Position numbers and translations under genes: made by a program
Notes under the pieces: generated by a model
The model's input: the letters and a program-made list of their open reading frames with translations, nothing else
Database searches by the model: none
Told to the model about the DNA's origin: nothing
Source of the DNA: a virus
DNA: 35,318 nt
Reading direction: 5' to 3' (one strand)
Virus record (IMG/VR): IMGVR_UViG_3300009423_000003
Shown here: in pieces, positions 33,501 through 35,318 of the stretch
How positions within the stretch are numbered: the first letter of the stretch is position 1
Layout of the letters: the number at the start of each line of letters is the position of its first letter

Positions 33501-34921
33501 GTCATTATTACAATGATGCACTTGGTGAAGTGTGGACAACAATAGATGGGACTGCTAAAGTCAAAGTAAAAGCAAGTGCATTTGAAGTAACTCCTAATGC
33601 TACTTTTGCAGGGGATATAGATGTAGATGGTACAACCAATCTTGATGCAGTTGATATTGATGGTGCTGTGCATATAAAAAATACTGGGGATACTTACATA
33701 ACAGTAGAAGCAGGTGCTTCTGATGGTAATGTTGGATTCTTGTTTGATGATAGTGGTAGCAATCAACATGGTGCTATTCTTTATGATACAGATGATTTAA
33801 TTCTTTTACTTGATTCTGATGGTGTAATTAGGCTTGATGCAGATGGTGGTCAAATACAATTCTTAGATGGTGGAACTGAAATTGGTGTTATTGAAAATAG
33901 TAGTTCCAATCTTGTAATAGAATCAAAAGTACAAGACAAAGATATTGTATTTAAAGGGAATGATGGTGGTTCAGGAATAACTGCACTTACACTTGATATG
34001 TCTGATGGTGGTAATGCTACTTTTGCAGGTGATGTAAATGTTACAGCAGATGGAGCAAGGTTCTTTGTTAGCTCTGCTGATTATGAACTTGTTTCTATTG
34101 GTAGAGCAGGTTCATCAGGCTCTGCTCTTGACCAAGCTTATATAAGACTAAAAAATGCAGGAACAAATACTGTCGCTATACATACAGCAGGAGATTCTTA
34201 TTTTAATGGTGGAAGGGTTGGTATAGGTGATTCAAGTCCTGGCGCTCCTCTTGATGTGAAAAGTGGAGAAGCTGCTAATACAGCTAATTTTAATTCTACA
34301 AGTGGTGCTACAAATATAACTCTTGAAAGCTCTGGCTCATTAATAGGTCAAATGGAATTTGTATCATCTGGCACATCTAAAATCGTTACAAGAACATCTG
34401 CAAGTTTAGCACTTGGCTCTAATAATGTAAGAACACTTTACATAACAGATGATGACAGAGTTGGTATAGGAACTGCAAGTCCAACTCACACTTTAGATGT
34501 TCAGAAAGCTGATGCTGTAACAGCTTCTTTTAATAGAACAGGCTCAAGTGGTGAAGTTGTATTAATTCAAGATGATGGTTCAACTGTTGCTGAATTAAGG
34601 ACAGACCAAACATATAACTATACTTCAGATTATAGATTAAAAGAAAATATTGAAGATTTAGATGTAGATGCTTTAGCAAGAGTTAATGCTTTAAAGCCAA
34701 GAATATATAATTTTAAAAAATCTCCTACTATTAAAAGAGAAGGATTTATAGCTCACGAACTTCAAGGAGTTATTGCAAAAGCTGTGCAATATGAAAAAGA
34801 TGGAGTTGATGAAGAAGGAAAACCAAAATACCAAATGATGAACGATGGTGCTATAATTCCTACACTTGTAAAAGCAATACAAGAACTATCAGCAAAAGTA
34901 GAAGCGTTAGAAAATGCGTAG
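30581..34921 (+). CDS. Tail fibre / spike protein with internal repeats and a C-terminal intramolecular chaperone
   Basis: 1446 aa, Gly/Thr/Ser-rich. Repeated modules include ITDSSG(S/A)ISFGNENL(T/S)TSGT x2, TSGENI(A/S)H(T/S)LSVD x2, SQTQITSVGTL x2 and SGGTLTLAD(N/D)QI x2. Confidence 0.9.
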   Translation: MANYNSDYTGAQIDSAVSRANSSDVTAGTVAASKAVVVDSNKDITGFRHIVASGTVTAANVSLTGNVDLGDASGDTVTITGSIDSNLIPAADDTYDIGSSSYAWQDLFLEGDINFSDGAQIDVASGDFTLDVAGDIEFNADGGDFSFKDDSSTLATISSSGVVTGTMTITSASITDSSGSISFGNENLTTSGTIQYGSISDGSITITAFVDEDGMDSNSATLVPTQQSVKAYVDAQVTAQDLDFQGDSGGALNIDLDSETLTIAGGEGIDTSGSSNTITIAGEDATTSNKGIASFSSDNFSVSSGAVTIKDDGVILATETTGDYVQNITGGTGIDSTGATSGENIAHTLSVDLNELTTETSIADADFIAMVDATDDASGKITFENLEDAIFASVSGDIAIAEDGTATIQANSVAMATDTTGDFVNSITAGTGLTSTGATSGENISHSLSVDAAQTQITSVGTLNAGAISSGFGAIDIGSSNFTTTGTIDISGGTLTLADNQISGNKVEGGTIAAVTISALTTAGISASTDLDIGSHGFRASTLTADSQTSGRVAIYGTNGLLTEDSDLSFSGSTLSATNVNISGTLTTTGTVQEVSTTNLNVEDPLILLNKYDSQPSNNAFDAGIVIKRGSSDSTPANVAFIFDESANQFALIDTDEDGTTAGNVTITDYENLRIGALTADDASTFTSTISAATGSTIGNLTLANGSITDSSGAISFGNENLSTSGTLGAGAITGTSFVIGSANINEAELEIIDGGTITTSELNILDGDTSATSTTVADADRVVMNDNGTMVQVAVTDLSAYFDDEITAMPNLASVGTLTALQVDNININGNTIISSDTNGHINLTPNGSGEVNISKVDIDSGTIDGTTIATSDVTVGSGKTLDVSGGTLTLADDQIPMAKTAIVAGTGISLSTNTLNVDASQTQITSVGTLTGLTIENATNPLIVGDGTKKLFFDPDSSGVIVSTATSQGGEGHYYNDALGEVWTTIDGTAKVKVKASAFEVTPNATFAGDIDVDGTTNLDAVDIDGAVHIKNTGDTYITVEAGASDGNVGFLFDDSGSNQHGAILYDTDDLILLLDSDGVIRLDADGGQIQFLDGGTEIGVIENSSSNLVIESKVQDKDIVFKGNDGGSGITALTLDMSDGGNATFAGDVNVTADGARFFVSSADYELVSIGRAGSSGSALDQAYIRLKNAGTNTVAIHTAGDSYFNGGRVGIGDSSPGAPLDVKSGEAANTANFNSTSGATNITLESSGSLIGQMEFVSSGTSKIVTRTSASLALGSNNVRTLYITDDDRVGIGTASPTHTLDVQKADAVTASFNRTGSSGEVVLIQDDGSTVAELRTDQTYNYTSDYRLKENIEDLDVDALARVNALKPRIYNFKKSPTIKREGFIAHELQGVIAKAVQYEKDGVDEEGKPKYQMMNDGAIIPTLVKAIQELSAKVEALENA
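34625..34918 (+). other. Peptidase S74-type intramolecular chaperone autoprocessing domain of the fibre
   Basis: TSDYRLKENIEDL...LKPRIYNFK...GFIAHELQ...LVKAIQELSAKVEALE matches the endosialidase-chaperone signature (SD.R.K.NI ... Y.y ... G.iAqE). Confidence 0.75.
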
Positions 34922-35171
34922 AAAATTAAACGAATGGGCAGATGCTAGTAAAGCTTTACACGCACTTGTTATAGTAGGATTTATGATAGCATTTATGTTT
35001 AGCATATTTAGCTGTCAGGATTATTACATAGGCAAGACACGAGAAGAACTATCGCAAGAAATGTTTGAGATAGATAGTTTAATGAGAAAGGTTATTTGGA
35101 AAGCAGATAGCTTGGGCATATATAATGATTTGTATATAGACGCTTATAGGATCAACAATGGTAGTAATTAG
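34914..35171 (+). CDS. Small membrane or lipobox-like protein
   Basis: The start overlaps the fibre stop. Hydrophobic segment ALVIVGFMIAFMFSIFSC followed by Cys (lipobox-like IFSC). Confidence 0.5.
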   Translation: MRRKLNEWADASKALHALVIVGFMIAFMFSIFSCQDYYIGKTREELSQEMFEIDSLMRKVIWKADSLGIYNDLYIDAYRINNGSN

Positions 35172-35318
35172 AATAGCATTTGTAATTACAGCTTGGGTGT
35201 TTATTCTTTCTTGCGCTCCTAATGTTATGGGCAATAGAATATTAGACAACAAAGATATTTCTCATGTTTACTTAATAGACGAGATTTATAACGGAAAAAG
35301 TTATTGGTGCATAAAACA
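35158..35318 (+). CDS. 5' part of the 72-aa lipobox-containing protein (continues at base 124 of the circularised genome, ends at 181)
   Basis: SD tAGGAtcaacaATG. Signal-like MVVIRIAFVITAWVFILSC with lipobox-like ILSC. It runs off the window end inside the terminal repeat. Confidence 0.5.
   Translation, partial: MVVIRIAFVITAWVFILSCAPNVMGNRILDNKDISHVYLIDEIYNGKSYWCIK
35196..35318. repeat. Terminal direct repeat, copy B (exact duplicate of 1..123)
   Basis: Same 123 nt as the window start. It lies inside an ORF, which fits a circular-assembly overlap or terminal redundancy. Confidence 0.95.

Noticed and set aside
30613-33769. Antisense ORFs inside the fibre gene (30613..30861, 30883..31242, 31273..31533, 32587..32943, 33046..33291, 33473..33769)
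   Set aside because: All lie opposite a long, motif-supported CDS. They arise from the biased Gly/Thr/Ser codon composition and have no SD or independent support.
1-35318. Alternative genetic code (stop-codon reassignment) as the explanation for the broken MTase and primase ORFs
   Set aside because: All other long genes are intact under the standard code with all three stop codons used as terminators. Past the stops at 17276 and 19152 the old frames contain several further stops, so read-through cannot rescue them. Only frame changes can.
1-35318. tRNA, rRNA, tmRNA, transposase/IS elements, reverse transcriptase (retron/DGR)
   Set aside because: I scanned intergenic regions and ORF translations by eye. 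No cloverleaf-like conserved tRNA ends, no DDE or RT motifs and no terminal inverted repeats bounding a gene were seen. A tRNAscan or Infernal run would be needed to be certain.

Overview
The window is one complete genome of a temperate tailed phage. Bases 1-123 are repeated exactly at 35196-35318, so the unit length is 35,195 bp and the contig closes on itself. It looks like a siphovirus, because it has a tape-measure gene preceded by a G/GT-type -1 frameshift chaperone. Shine-Dalgarno sites and TTGCWT/-10 promoters point to a Gram-negative, sigma70-type host. Starting at 23.7 kb and reading clockwise, the modules are as follows. First comes a late or packaging promoter, a sigma-region-4-like HTH protein, TerS, TerL, portal, a MuF-like protein, scaffold, the major capsid protein and a terminator. 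These are followed by three small basic or zinc-ribbon proteins and a 1446-aa tail fibre with a C-terminal S74 chaperone. A block of lipobox and transmembrane coiled-coil proteins plus an SLT-like lysin then wraps across the window ends. The neck and tail module follows (tube, chaperones, tape measure, tip proteins). Next are a tyrosine integrase on the minus strand, an HTH regulator, and a DNA metabolism module: gp2.5-like SSB, Hjc-like resolvase, DUF1599, GIY-YIG, RecB-like nuclease, C5-methyltransferase, primase and helicase. The circle closes with repeat-rich ori-like DNA and an AT-rich island of small genes on the minus strand (20.8-23.4 kb). No tRNA, rRNA, CRISPR array or transposase was seen. 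Six observations stand out. (1) Two ~85-nt intergenic elements carry fully compensated stem changes and bracket a two-gene cassette. (2) Four tandem 33-bp repeats have related copies next to an ori-like repeat field. (3) The DnaG-type TOPRIM domain is split across two reading frames at the primase/helicase junction. (4) The C5-methyltransferase has conserved motifs lying in three successive frame segments. (5) An unusual run of small membrane coiled-coil and lipobox proteins sits between the fibre and the lysin. (6) The tail chaperone has the classical A9 slippery site. All functional calls come from motifs read by eye and from gene order. No database search was run.
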